A DNA stretch of 63,818 bases, counting the filler, from Octopus bimaculoides (Eukaryota): the NCBI RefSeq assembly GCF_001194135.2. It is 5 parts of 5 records of this genome, joined end to end, with 100 filler letters (N's around TTAATTAATTAA, not from the genome) between each part and the next. Parts side by side here need not be neighbours in the genome. Positions count along the whole stretch, not along the records: positions 1 to 19,808 come from NC_069006.1; positions 19,909 to 27,769 come from NC_068982.1; 3 more parts are not named here. One strand, given 5' to 3'. A model generated the notes under the pieces. The model was given only the letters and a program-made list of their open reading frames with translations, searched no databases and had not been told where the DNA came from. Positions 12,489 to 23,480 of the stretch are shown here, in pieces. A program made the position numbers and the translations under genes. Position 1 is the first letter of the stretch, and each line of letters begins with the position of its first letter.

Positions 12489-12700
12489 TACACCTGCAGT
12501 GCATTGATGACACTAAAATGAAAAGCTTCCTCGTTAAGCACAAGTCCTCCATCTGCTTTGCTGCTCTTGTCCAACCTGCTCTGGATATTCTCCATCCTTT
12601 GCATTCTTTGCTTGTCTCTTGTTCTTCTACCCTCTGCTCTTCCTTCCATAATAATGTTTTCCAAACCTCTACTTCTTCAAATATGGTCAACTTTTATAAA
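12489..12700 (-). mobile_element. Second RTE subfamily 3' end, opposite orientation
   Basis: Minus ORF MENIIMEGRAEGRRTRDKQRMQRMENIQSRL... resembles the RTE C-terminal LE..I.EG..EG.R.RGRQR motif. Confidence 0.55.
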
Positions 12701-12826
12701 GAATATCCATATTGGATATGTTACCAATCAACTGTTGAATTGTATTTCCGTTGGTTATAGATGAAATAAAAGGTTACTGATTTCTTTTTATATACAACTC
12801 ACTCACTCTTCTTACACACACTGTCT

Positions 12827-12863
<37 letters not shown>

Positions 12864-12866
<3 letters not shown>

Positions 12867-13190
12867 CGCAGGTGTAGCTGTGTGGCAAGAAGCTTGCCAA
12901 CCACATGGTTCTGAGTTCAGTCCCACTGCATGGTACCTAGGGTAAGTGTCTTCTACTATAGCCTCAGGTCAACCAATTCTTGTGAGTAGATGGAAACTGA
13001 AAGAAGCCTGTCATGTGTGTGTGTATACATATACACACACAATAGGCTTCCACACAGTTTCCATCTACCAAATTCATTCACAAAGCATTAGACTACAGTA
13101 GATGACATTGCTCAAGATGTCAAACAGTGGAACTGAACCCGAAATCACATACTTACAGAGCAGGCTTTTTTTCACCCCGCAGCCATGTGT
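12864..13190. mobile_element. Two family-1 SINE 5' halves in inverted (tail-to-tail) orientation
   Basis: + copy 12864-13010 and - copy 13043-13190. Perfect 14-bp inverted core gtagatggaaactg (12986-12999) / cagtttccatctac (13055-13068) around a (TG/TA/CA)n spacer. Confidence 0.7.
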
Positions 13191-13639
13191 GCACCTATTA
13201 ATATGAAAATAAATTTTTTTAATTAATGTTTTTTTTTTTAAACAAAGAGAAAGAAACCAAAATCCTAAAAGTTTGCAATTTATCTTCACTCAAATGAATT
13301 CCATGTTGTTTTGAAGTTGTCTCCCTTTAATTACAGTTTTCAACATTGAGTTGGCTGACAACTTTGCGTGTGACTGATATGTGTGTGTGTGTGCGATTAT
13401 AAATTTGATAGTTCTGTTTAGAAGTGACACTACAGCTGCTTCTCTCAGATATTTCAAGGCCAATTTCATTGCTGGTAGGGACACCATAATACACTACCAA
13501 GTTTATTAACCCTTTTTGTTACCATATTTCTGTTGAGATGCTCTGTGTTTCTTTCAATTCCTTTTAAATATAACAAAACTTAGTTAGGAACAACAAAACT
13601 AGTGTTAGGAACATAAATTGTGACCAAGGGGGTACTTAG

Positions 13640-14085
13640 AAGTAGTTAATAGCTTCCGTTATGTAGGTGACCAAATCAGCAGCAGAGGTGGATGCTCCAA
13701 GAGTGTAGCCATATGAATAAGAATAGGCTAGGCAAGGTTCAGAGAGCTTCTGCTTTTGTTGGTAACTAAGGACTTCTCGCTCAGAGTGAAAGGCAGACTG
13801 TATGATGCCTGTGTGCAAGCAGCCATGCTACACAACAGTGAAACATGGGCTGTGACTGCCGGGGGAAATATGTAGACCTGAAAGAAATGAAGCCAGTATG
13901 TTTCACTGGACGTGCAATGTCAGTGTGCATGTATGACTGTGTAAGTATCTTGAGAGAAAAATTGGGCATAAGAGGCATCAGATGTGGTGTGCAAGAGAGA
14001 CAGCTGCTCTGATATAGTCATGTGAGGCATAGACGAGGCAGCTGTGTAAAGAAGTGCCAATCTCTGTGGATCTCTACAGATCTTC
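13640..14085 (+). mobile_element. RTE-clade LINE fragment (C-terminal RT region), degenerate
   Basis: Reads RIG*ARFRELL...KDFSLRVKGRLYDACVQAAMLHNSETWAVT...ERNEASMFHWTCNVSV, a typical RTE LLYGSETW-type region. Confidence 0.8.
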
Positions 14086-14099
14086 AAGGACAAGGCTTG

Positions 14100-14424
14100 T
14101 CTTCGAGGCTCTAGTTTATGGCTCAGAATTTCTGGAACCACCTTTGACACTTGCTTATGCATTAATATTCCTCGCATGTTCCATTGCGGTGTTGCTTTTA
14201 TTGAACTCATAAAGCAAAATATGCCAAATATGCTCCTTTGTCACTTCCATTATTGCTTTGAAAAAATAACTATCAAAGTTAAACTCANNNNNNNNNNTAT
14301 GCTCCTTTGTCACTTCCATTATTGCTTTGAAAAAATAACTATCAAAGTTAAACTCAACTCTTCAAAACTTGTATTAAGAATAAGGACAAGGTGAAATAAA
14401 CCGTGATATGGCGAGGCATTACTG
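14100..14424. mobile_element. pogo/Tigger-like DNA transposon end
   Basis: taaaccgtgatatggcgaggcattactg|TA; the reverse complement TA|CAGTAATGCCTCGCCATATCACGG resembles the Tigger CAGTxxxxCCTCG terminus. No partner TIR was found. Confidence 0.45.
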
Positions 14425-14442
14425 TATATGATGCCTAGGTGA

Positions 14443-14780
14443 GGTCGTTGCCAGTGCCGACGCAAGGTCGTTGCCAGTGCCACTGCAAGGTCGTTGCCAG
14501 TGCCACTGGACTGGCTCCTGTGCAGGTGGCACGTAAAAAACACCTTTTGAGGGAGGCCGTTGCCAGTACCGTGTGACTGGCAATTGTGCTGGTGGCACAT
14601 AAAAGCACCCACTACACTCTCTGAGTGGTTGGCATTAGGAAGGGCATCCAGCTGTAGTAGAAACTCTGCCAGATCAGATTGGAGCCTGGTACAGCCATCT
14701 GGTTTGCCAGTCCTCAGTCAAATCGTCCCACCCATGCTAGCATGGAAAGCGGACGTTAAACGACGACGATGATGATGATG
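14443..14780 (+). mobile_element. RTE 3' UTR repeat copy with internal 23-bp tandem repeats and (GAT)n tail
   Basis: Three ggtcgttgccagtgcc..gcaa units from 14443, two hairpin modules, then cactacactctctgagtggttggcattaggaagggcatccagc...gcatggaaagcggacgttaaacgacgacgatgatgat. Confidence 0.8.
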
Positions 14781-14881
14781 ATATATATAAAACCCTTATG
14801 AGACTAGTTTTTGTTTGTTTTCCAAATACATTGAATGTATTTATTATTTAATTTTTTTTCTTTCTTTTTCTGTTTTTACAG

Positions 14882-15080
14882 AAATTGTGGTAAGGTTTTC
14901 TGTGGTAAATGTGCCAACACTTATATGCCAATTCCTCACCAACAACTGCTAGAACCAGCCAGAGTGTGCCGCAGCTGTTTGCCAAAGCTACAGAACTCCT
15001 TTCCAGATAACTATGGTTTTTTCGCATTTGAACAGCCACTTGTTGCAGCTGCTGCAGCCGCTGGTGCATCTTCTAATTGA
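14882..15080 (+). CDS. MTMR3/4: Last coding exon of the MTMR3/4-like gene (C-terminal half of FYVE plus tail)
   Basis: Reads NCGKVFCGKCANTYMPIPHQQLLEPARVCRSCLPKLQNSFPDNYGFFAFEQPLVAAAAAAGASSN, TGA at 15078-15080. It completes the zinc ligands and the RVC motif. The P.P.QQL.EP.RVC.SC segment and the P...A.SN terminus resemble MTMR3/4 as I recall them. Confidence 0.92.
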
Positions 15081-15109
15081 GCAGATTGCATCTTGAAATG
15101 CGCACTCTA

Positions 15110-15598
15110 AAAATGCACACACACACACACACATACACACTCCCTCTTTCTCTCTCTCCCCATCTTTTTTTCTCTCCCCTTTTTATTGCTATACACGGAA
15201 GTGTGTGTGTGTGTGTGTGTGTGCATATATATGCATGTCATTTTGTATATATGTGCGAGTGTATGTGTGTATATGTATATATTCTGTGTAGATGCATTTC
15301 TGTGCATGAGTGTCTGTACGTGTATATATGTGTGTGTATGTATGTGTGTATATATGTGTGTGTGTTTATATATATATATATATATATATATACACCCACC
15401 ACCACTCCCCCCTTGACTGCTACAGTATCTACCATTGTTAGTTCTGTAGCAAAATTTGGTGAGAAAATCCTTTAGGGAATATCTTGGACAATTTTTATTT
15501 CTGAGTAATTTTCCACCACACCTGCCAACCCCCATCCCCTGCGTTCTTCTATTCTGCATTAGTATGTCTCTATGCCCTCTTGTATATATGGTGTGCAT

Positions 15599-15668
<70 letters not shown>

Positions 15669-15891
15669 AAATGTATGTATGTAAGTGTTGGGATGTATAT
15701 ATTTGTTGCCATACTCGTATCGAGTTTAGCAACCAATCTTACGTATTAACACACATGTATATATGCGTGTGTGTGTATATATATACATATAAATATATAT
15801 TTATATGTATGTATACACACTCACACACACACAAATGTGTATTTATACATGTGTGCGCATGCAAGTGCTTGTATGCATGCATGTGTATGTA

Positions 15892-15928
<37 letters not shown>

Positions 15929-15930
15929 GG
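15110..15930. repeat. Cluster of (CA)/(TG)/(TA) dinucleotide arrays in the presumptive MTMR3/4 3' UTR; representative of many such arrays across the window
   Basis: Direct reading; source of the YIYI, CVCV and THTH pseudo-ORFs. Confidence 0.9.
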
Positions 15931-17125
15931 ATGTATGTATCTTCAAAATATGTGTTTACACTTTGAATGATACAGGTTGTGCTTTGGTTTTTTTTTTTTT
16001 TTTAATTCNNNNNNNNNNNNNNNNNNNNNNNNNNNNNNNNNNNNNNNNNNNNNNNNNNNNNNNNNNNNNNNNNNNNNNNNNNNNNNNNNNNNNNNNNNNN
16101 NNNNNNNNNNNNNNNNNNNNNNNNNNNNNNNNNNNNNNNNNNNNNNNNNNNNNNNNNNNNNNNNNNNNNNNNNNNNNNNNNNNNNNNNNNNNNNNNNNNN
16201 NNNNNNNNNNNNNNNNNNNNNNNNNNNNNNNNNNNNNNNNNNNNNNNNNNNNNNNNNNNNNNNNNNNNNNNNNNNNNNNNNNNNNNNNNNNNNNNNNNNN
16301 NNNNNNNNNNNNNNNNNNNNNNNNNNNNNNNNNNNNNNNNNNNNNNNNNNNNNNNNNNNNNNNNNNNNNNNNNNNNNNNNNNNNNNNNNNNNNNNNNNNN
16401 NNNNNNNNNNNNNNNNNNNNNNNNNNNNNNNNNNNNNNNNNNNNNNNNNNNNNNNNNNNNNNNNNNNNNNNNNNNNNNNNNNNNNNNNNNNNNNNNNNNN
16501 NNNNNNNNNNNNNNNNNNNNNNNNNNNNNNNNNNNNNNNNNNNNNNNNNNNNNNNNNNNNNNNNNNNNNNNNNNNNNNNNNNNNNNNNNNNNNNNNNNNN
16601 NNNNNNNNNNNNNNNNNNNNNNNNNNNNNNNNNNNNNNNNNNNNNNNNNNNNNNNNNNNNNNNNNNNNNNNNNNNNNNNNNNNNNNNNNNNNNNNNNNNN
16701 NNNNNNNNNNNNNNNNNNNNNNNNNNNNNNNNNNNNNNNNCAAGTCAAACTATTGATCATAAGATATTACACATTTCTGATTATATATACACATGATTAT
16801 ATATACATATATATAAAATATATTTATATATGTATATATATGTTACACATTATACATACATTGCCATTTTTAATTAGGGCGTTTTTTTTTATTTTTATTT
16901 TTTTTTATTTTCAAATTAATGTTTTTGAATTCAAAGAACTGGGGGAAAAGTTTGGACTATATAAATGGGCCTACAGAACGGTTTTTGGATTTTTTTTTTT
17001 TTTTACAGCTAACGAATGTAAAAAAAAAAAGGAAAAAGAAGGGTAGAAAAAAAAAAAGTAGCCGTTTTTTTTGAAAGCCAAGAAGAAATGGTGATGCGAA
17101 GTGAGATGCCTCGGAGTTATTTGGA

Positions 17126-17131
17126 AATAAA
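17126..17131 (+). promoter_or_regulatory. Possible polyadenylation signal for the MTMR3/4-like 3' UTR
   Basis: AATAAA about 2 kb after the stop with T/GT-rich sequence downstream. AATAAA is common by chance here and a gap lies in between. Confidence 0.2.
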
Positions 17132-17349
17132 TCTAAAGAACAAACTGTGTTGATTGGTAAAAATATATCAATTCCATTACTGTCTTGTTTTTGCCGTTTA
17201 TTTTATATTTGCAGAATTGTCAAGGAATCGGTTGATGTTGACAACCAACAACAGGAGGTGGGCAGAGTGCTGACCACTGGCCAAGGGCATATAGGACGCT
17301 AAACTACTACAAGTCAGTGCTATGGGTTCAAATGGCAGCTAGATTGAGT

Positions 17350-17445
17350 TGATGGCCGATGCCAGTGCCACCTGACTGGCTCTCGTGCTGGTGGCATGTA
17401 AAAAGCACCAGTCAAGCATGGTCGATGCCAGTACCGCCTGACTGA
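17350..17445 (+). mobile_element. Isolated RTE 3' UTR hairpin modules
   Basis: gccagtgccacctgactggctctcgtgctggtggcatgtaaaaagcacc followed by a second gccagtaccgcctgactg. Confidence 0.65.
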
Positions 17446-17582
17446 ACAACACCCATGACCATTTAACAGAAGATTTTATTGTTGCACTTAAAGGCAAACT
17501 GCGTTGGCCATTTACAGATAACAACAACAACAATAATTACAGATTGGGAGAGAGAGAAGGAAGAACTGCGCCACCTTCAAAG

Positions 17583-17975
17583 AAGTTACTTAGGAGATGT
17601 TTTGTGAATGTTTAGTTGAGTCTGTTCAAGAACCTGGAGATGGACCGCGGCAGAATTGGAACTCGGCATTTTGTCCGACGAAAAACCATTAAGAATTTCA
17701 CCCGGCGTGTTAACGATTCTGCCAGCTCACCAATAATAATAATAATAATAAGTTACTTATGAGATGTTTTGTGAATGTTTAGTTGAGTCTGTTCAAGAAC
17801 CTGGTGATGGACCGCGGCAGAATTGGAACTCGGCATTTTGTCCGACAAAAAACCATTAAGAATTTTGCCCGGCATGTTAACGATTCTGCCAGCTCACCAA
17901 TAATAATAATAATAATAAGTTACTTACGAGATGTTTTGTGAATGTTTAGTTGAGTCTATTGAAGAACCTGGAGAT
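17583..17975. repeat. Tandem repeat, 167-bp unit, ~2.35 copies
   Basis: aagttact starts at 17583, 17750 and 17917. Each full unit holds a minus-strand family-2 SINE head and an (AAT)n tract. Confidence 0.9.
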
Positions 17976-18194
17976 GTCTGCACAAATATCTAGAACCATC
18001 TGGGATGGCAAGGATGGAGGCACATCTTGTGCCTCAACATTCTCCCTGGCAAGAGATGGGACATATGAATGAGTCGACTGCTCTCAACACTCTGCAAAGA
18101 GTGTTTAGCATCAAGAGCAGCTTTTTATAAAGAGATGTAGTTAAATACTAATTCTACCTTCAACTCTATTTCCCATATAATAATAATAATTATA

Positions 18195-18540
18195 ATAATC
18201 GTAAATACCTTGATGCAATTCCAGGCAGTGGCTCTCATGGTTTCTGATCTTAACTGAGTGGAGGTGTTATCATGGACATTGTTTTGTCTTGGTATAAAAG
18301 ATGGGCTACAGCAAATGTTCTGCTCAATACCACAGACACAGACTTGCTTGTCAGTTGCTTGACCTTAACCAATTGAGCATGTCCCTTGGTGGCTGACGAT
18401 ATGTGCACCTATGATCATGAGCAGAAGTAGTGGGGGGAGCATCATAGCGATGTGTGGAGAGGAATTCTTTGGGGTTTGAATACTTGTACCCCAGTGTCAC
18501 TTTGAAGGCATGCATTGCTCTCTCACTCAATAATAATAGT
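18195..18540 (+). mobile_element. Non-coding interspersed repeat flanked by (TAA)n on both sides (internally deleted copy)
   Basis: cttgatgcaattccaggcagtggctctcatgg...ccccagtgtcactttgaaggcatgcattgctctctcactcaataataat. It is the same family as 28070-28572 in the opposite orientation. Confidence 0.7.
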
Positions 18541-19659
18541 AATGGTTTCAAATTTTGCCACAAGGTCGACTTGGGGAAAGGGGGGGCTTGAGTCGATTAC
18601 ATCGATCTCAGTGTTCAACTGGTACTTATTTTAAGGACCCTGAAAAGGATGAAAGGCAAAGTCACTGGAATTTGAACTCAGAATGTAATGCATCGCTGTG
18701 AATCGAACTCCTGAGCTTTCGACTGTGAGCTGAATGCCCTAACCACTAAGCCATGCAACTTCACAGAACAGAAAGATCCCAAACTAAACACCACAAGGTA
18801 TTTTATCCAAAGCACTAATGATTCCAGCAGTAATTATCTCTAACGTCTATAATCGTTATTAAATTATCTTCAGCCTGTGGGGGTGAGAGAGTAGATTTCT
18901 TGATAATTTTCTTCTAGTCTTTACTTCTGAAAAACCCCACCACCATCGCTACCATCCCTCCCTCCCACCATGACCTCTACCATTACTACCACCACCTCTG
19001 GTATTCTTACTAATGAATAGTGCCGGTGTCTTGTTACAATGGTACCGGTCTGTCTCTGCTCTGTTTTTATCTCTCTGCCATTGTGTTGTGCTGTGCCTGG
19101 TAAACATTTTTCCTGTTAATTTATGTTCTTAAAAAAAACCCAACTTAATTATGACAATTATTTTACTTAATTCTTCGTTATTTTCAAAAATTAATTGAAA
19201 CAAAGCAGGTGTCTGCTTGATTTCCACAACCAAGGCATTGGTCAATTAGAGTTCAGAGATGAAGAGAGAGACTTGCTGAAGGCTCCTGAGGCTCGTCTCA
19301 GATATTTAGAAAACCACACATTTTGATAATGAATCTGCTCTTAAGATAATCTTAAGAAGGATTAAATTTTTCCTACATTGCTAGGTTATTTCTTGATAAG
19401 GAAAGACGCATCTAAGCATTTCATTTTTGTCTGTTGCATGGTTTCTCAATTTCCGTGGCTTACACTTCACATCACTCAACATCACTCCACATCTCTCCCT
19501 CTCTCTTTCTCTCTCTCTCTTCATCAGTATTTGTTATAGTTTCTGTGTATATGTTTTATTTTGTTGTGTCTGGAGAGGGTCATATTGTTTTAATGCCTTA
19601 ATACCTAACACACTCACTGGTTCAATTTCCACTCATTATTATTATTATTTCTTTTTGTG

Positions 19660-19760
19660 TGCATGTCAGTGGCACATAAAAAGCACCATTTGAACATGGT
19701 TGATGCCAGTGCCGCCTGACTGGCTCCCGTGCCAGTGGCACGTAAAAAGCACCCACTGCA
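19660..19760 (+). mobile_element. Isolated RTE 3' UTR hairpin modules
   Basis: gccagtgccgcctgactggctcccgtgccagtggcacgtaaaaagcaccc preceded by a partial copy. Confidence 0.65.
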
Positions 19761-19908
19761 CACATGCCTGAAAAGCATATATAAAAGAATATGTATATAT
19801 ATATATATNNNNNNNNNNNNNNNNNNNNNNNNNNNNNNNNNNNNNNNNNNNNTTAATTAATTAANNNNNNNNNNNNNNNNNNNNNNNNNNNNNNNNNNNN
19901 NNNNNNNN

Positions 19909-19945
<37 letters not shown>

Positions 19946-22929
19946 CGTATGTGCGCGTGAATGTGTGCATATTTCAGTGTGTACTATTGGAGTCATCGAG
20001 AAATTGCTACAGCGTTTACGATATCTAATTAAGGCAATGTATGCTTGGTGGTATTCCCCATTTAATCTTAATTAATTGAAGTTATTGGATTCCGTTCAGT
20101 CTTTCAATATAAAAATTTTGAATACTGAAAGTTATGGATCGTATCAGTAAATGTGAAGTATTTATGAAATAAACATGTAGTACTGCATTGGAAATTAAAT
20201 TTTATTCTTCACAAATATATTTGAGCCTCTTTATTATGGCTTCACCAGTTAGAAATAATATGTGAAGTCCATAAAGTACGGAAATAGATGGACAAAGAAG
20301 TGCTTTCTAAGAAAGGAGAGTGTAAAGAAAAGTTTGGTATTTTTGTGTATGTATGTGTGAGTACATGCGCGTGTGATAACACGTGCGTGTGTGTGTGTGA
20401 TAGCGTGTGTATGTATATAGTAGCGTGTGTGTGTGCGGCAGTAACTGAGTTTGTGTATGGGTTTCGTGGTAGTGATATATGTGTGTGTAAAGTAGCCTCT
20501 GTGTGTGTGTGGTAACGTATGTGTGTGCGACAGTAACTGTGTGTGTGTGGTAGTAACTCTGTGAGTTTATGCGCGTGGTGGTAACAGTGTGTGTGCAGCT
20601 TGTGAGGTATTCCCTTTTCTGGCACGCCTACTCGGAAATCATTTCCGGCTACACATCAACAGTAACGACATAGACGGCACTTAAATATTTCATTTAACCT
20701 GTTGCGCTATGATGTGCAATCTTCACAGTATATTGTGACTATTCAATAGTAGTTCACACATTTACCCACCTTCTATAACTTTTTTTGTTGAGCGTGGATA
20801 TATTTCCATCTTGATAGGATCTTGCAAAACTATTTCGTTGATAATAACATGCTCTGTAATTTAAACTTTGTACCATTATTATTCATGTAAATACTGTGCT
20901 AGGATATACGTAAAACTACTCTTTTCATGTCTTTAAATCTTCTATTGTTTCTGTTCAACTGCTCTTCATGGTACTTCAATGAATGTTACCTTACCATATC
21001 AAGTTTCAATGTAAATCTTCAAGCTCTTAACATTAGTTTATCCTCCAATCGTGTATTCTACTAAAATATCGCATCTGTAATATCTACTCGTGATCTGCAT
21101 CTAATGTGTTGTTTATCTTCTGTATTTTGGAACACACACACCAAAGTATGCTCAAGGCAGACTAGCGTAAGCCGATGTATTGAACCATGATCACAACATA
21201 TTTCATTCCGTACATTGACGAACTACCCACCGTCACTGCCATTAAAATTCTTTGTTTTGAAAATGATGACAACCGTATATTTAAATTTCTGTTTACAAGC
21301 AGCAACATGATGCAGAACAACATTTCCTATCGGATATATAATTCATAATTATATTGTCGCCTTCTATGTAATATTCAATACTGATAAAATAATCTATTTT
21401 ATTTAAACATTACAATGACGCGATCACAAAACCAAACAAAGGACTGCAATTGAACATTACGCTTTTTGTCATATACAACATACAATTAGATTCTTAAAAT
21501 GAAATGTCTGACAAAACACTATGACTTGTGCAATTAACCACTACAAACACCAAATGACCAAAACTAGTCGCCTATCGTAAAACGAAAATATTCTTCGACA
21601 ACAATGTGTTGACACTCTCTGCAATGATAAAGAGCGATTTAAATCAGATTACTTTACCTATTTGTGAAGCAGTCCTGTATGAACATATACAATCTCTACT
21701 TTGAATATAATGTCATTTAATCATCTGGAAATATTTTACTATTCAAAATATTTTAATCATAAACTCATGAAAATTTTGTTCCATTTTGCACTGTTTCTAT
21801 TTTTACTCTAACGTCTGATAATACTTCGATGTTGGTGACAGCCTGAACCCGCCTCCTCCTCTGTATGAAATGATCATTCCATTTTATCCATTGTTCCAGT
21901 ATTTATCGGGGGAATACTTAAACCAAACATAACTTTCTAGAAATTAAACTATTTCGAACTTCGTTTATAAACAGTTTGAAAATGCCATGGAAACTGACAT
22001 CCCCAGCCTGAATCATATCAAAAATAAAAACAAATATTAATCTAAAAATAGTTTGGAAGTGTTTGAACGAACCAACTATAACAATTAAAATGATATATAG
22101 CAGTCTTAACATTGTTTTAATACAGAAAACAAACAAATTGAAAACAAAAACGATCTCTGTTGTATCACCTCTAATTTAACCATATTTTAAAACTTTCAGA
22201 TTTTAATTAGTTCCTGAGAATTTATTACTAGAATTGATACCTATGTTAAAATATTGTAAGACCAATTATTTTTTCTTTAAATTAATAAAACAAATATATT
22301 AATTAAACGTAACACACATCAAAAATACAAAATGGTCAAGAAATATGTACTGTTAAAAGTAATAAATAATATCTATTTTTTGTTTTGATAAGGATAAATG
22401 ATCTGGAAATAATGTAATTTGTTGCAAACGAGAGTCAGATTAACACTAAAATTAAATTACATCTTTTATAATTGTAATGAATCAAAGAATAAACAATTCT
22501 GTGTTTTCAATTTTCTGTATGTGGAATATATAAATATTGTTTAAGACAATCTCAACAATAAGATCGATTACCACGAAGTAATAAATAAATGAGATATTTA
22601 TTTTTAATAATTGTAATGAAAACCAAACAACGAGATCACATCGTCTGAATACAATAAGCGTGTCTGTAACAATGTTGAATTACCACAAATGCACGACGTC
22701 AGAAATGTTTCAATAGAATCTGGCAATATTTAATTCTATCGTCCAATGTAAGTTGAAAGTAACTTCGAAGATGAACTTAAAGTATCAGTTGAACTGAGTA
22801 GTAAATAGATACTCTGACTACCTTAATTCTCAACCGATTTTGCTGCGACTCCAGCAGTAAATTCTTCTTCAAAAAGTCGAGTTAACGGTTTCCTGAAGAT
22901 AACATGAACGCCGCTCGGGCTCGAAAGAT

Positions 22930-23480
22930 TGACCGTTATGTAAACTTCCTCGAGGAATGAGAAGACGCGGAGCGTTTTCCATTCGAAACCGGATGTAGAA
23001 GGTTTGTTGGACACAGTGTGAGACGACTGTCGTTATGATTAGGCCTAACTCATCGTAAAGTAAATACCACCATGACCGATATCCCAGCTACAAGGGAAAA
23101 GGCTAGCCACTGGATTTAACTAAGAGACGATGAGCGATTACGAGAAGAAGAATGAGCTTTATTTGATAACCAGTTGATCTAGCAAGGGTGGCCTCATATC
23201 AGTGAGTGGGGTGGTGTGCATCAAGTATGCGAAGTTCTCGACTGGCAGCACTTGCATGTGCAAGTTGTTTGCAGAACAACAATGTCGTTAACATGTGGAA
23301 TTGTCGTATGTGATATCTGAGAAGTAGCACTAGTTAGAATCTTCTCTATCTTGATTAAGTCATCTTTTAGAAAGTATAATCTACACATGAAGAGAGGAGT
23401 CAGCCGTGACATATAGGAACATAGTTGGTTTGTCTTCTGTATTTGGAAGAGTTTCCCCAGGACTGTTTGTAGGTTATTTT
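22930..23480 (+). mobile_element. RTE LINE 5' UTR and start of the endonuclease ORF, degenerate
   Basis: Contains cgaaaccggatg...tgttggacacagtgtgag and gcctcatatcagtgagtggggtggtgtgcatcaagtatgcg, which I recall from RTE 5' regions. These are followed by decayed endonuclease starts NMWNCRM (cf. TWNVRT) and RKYNL (cf. RYNIDI). Confidence 0.5.

Larger units (their letters stand above)
9555..14881 (+). other. MTMR3/4: Phase-2 GT-AG intron (5327 nt) splitting the FYVE domain between HHCR and NCG
   Basis: GT at 9555, long polypyrimidine tract and AG at 14880-14881. CG + A reconstitutes the Arg codon and keeps the frame. Confidence 0.9.

Noticed and set aside
14228-14358. Exact ~60-bp direct repeat either side of an 11-N gap
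   Set aside because: Identical sequence flanking a minimal gap indicates unmerged contig overlap.
17583-17975. CRISPR-like repeat-spacer array
   Set aside because: Whole 167-bp units repeat with no unique spacers, the context is eukaryotic and there are no cas genes. The 23-bp repeats at 14443 likewise lack spacers.
19853-19864. TTAATTAATTAA islands inside N runs, also at about 27814, 53912 and 62649
   Set aside because: Identical 12-mers centred in gaps of similar size, with stops in all six frames. This is the pattern of an assembly or scaffolding spacer, not biology.
22869-23087. Minus-strand 72-aa frame after a strong acceptor (LGYRSWWYLLYDELGLIITTVVSHCVQQTFYIRF...), superficially like a GPCR last exon
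   Set aside because: It lacks NPxxY, no upstream exons were found, and the + strand is better explained as an RTE 5' UTR. Probably a chance antisense frame.
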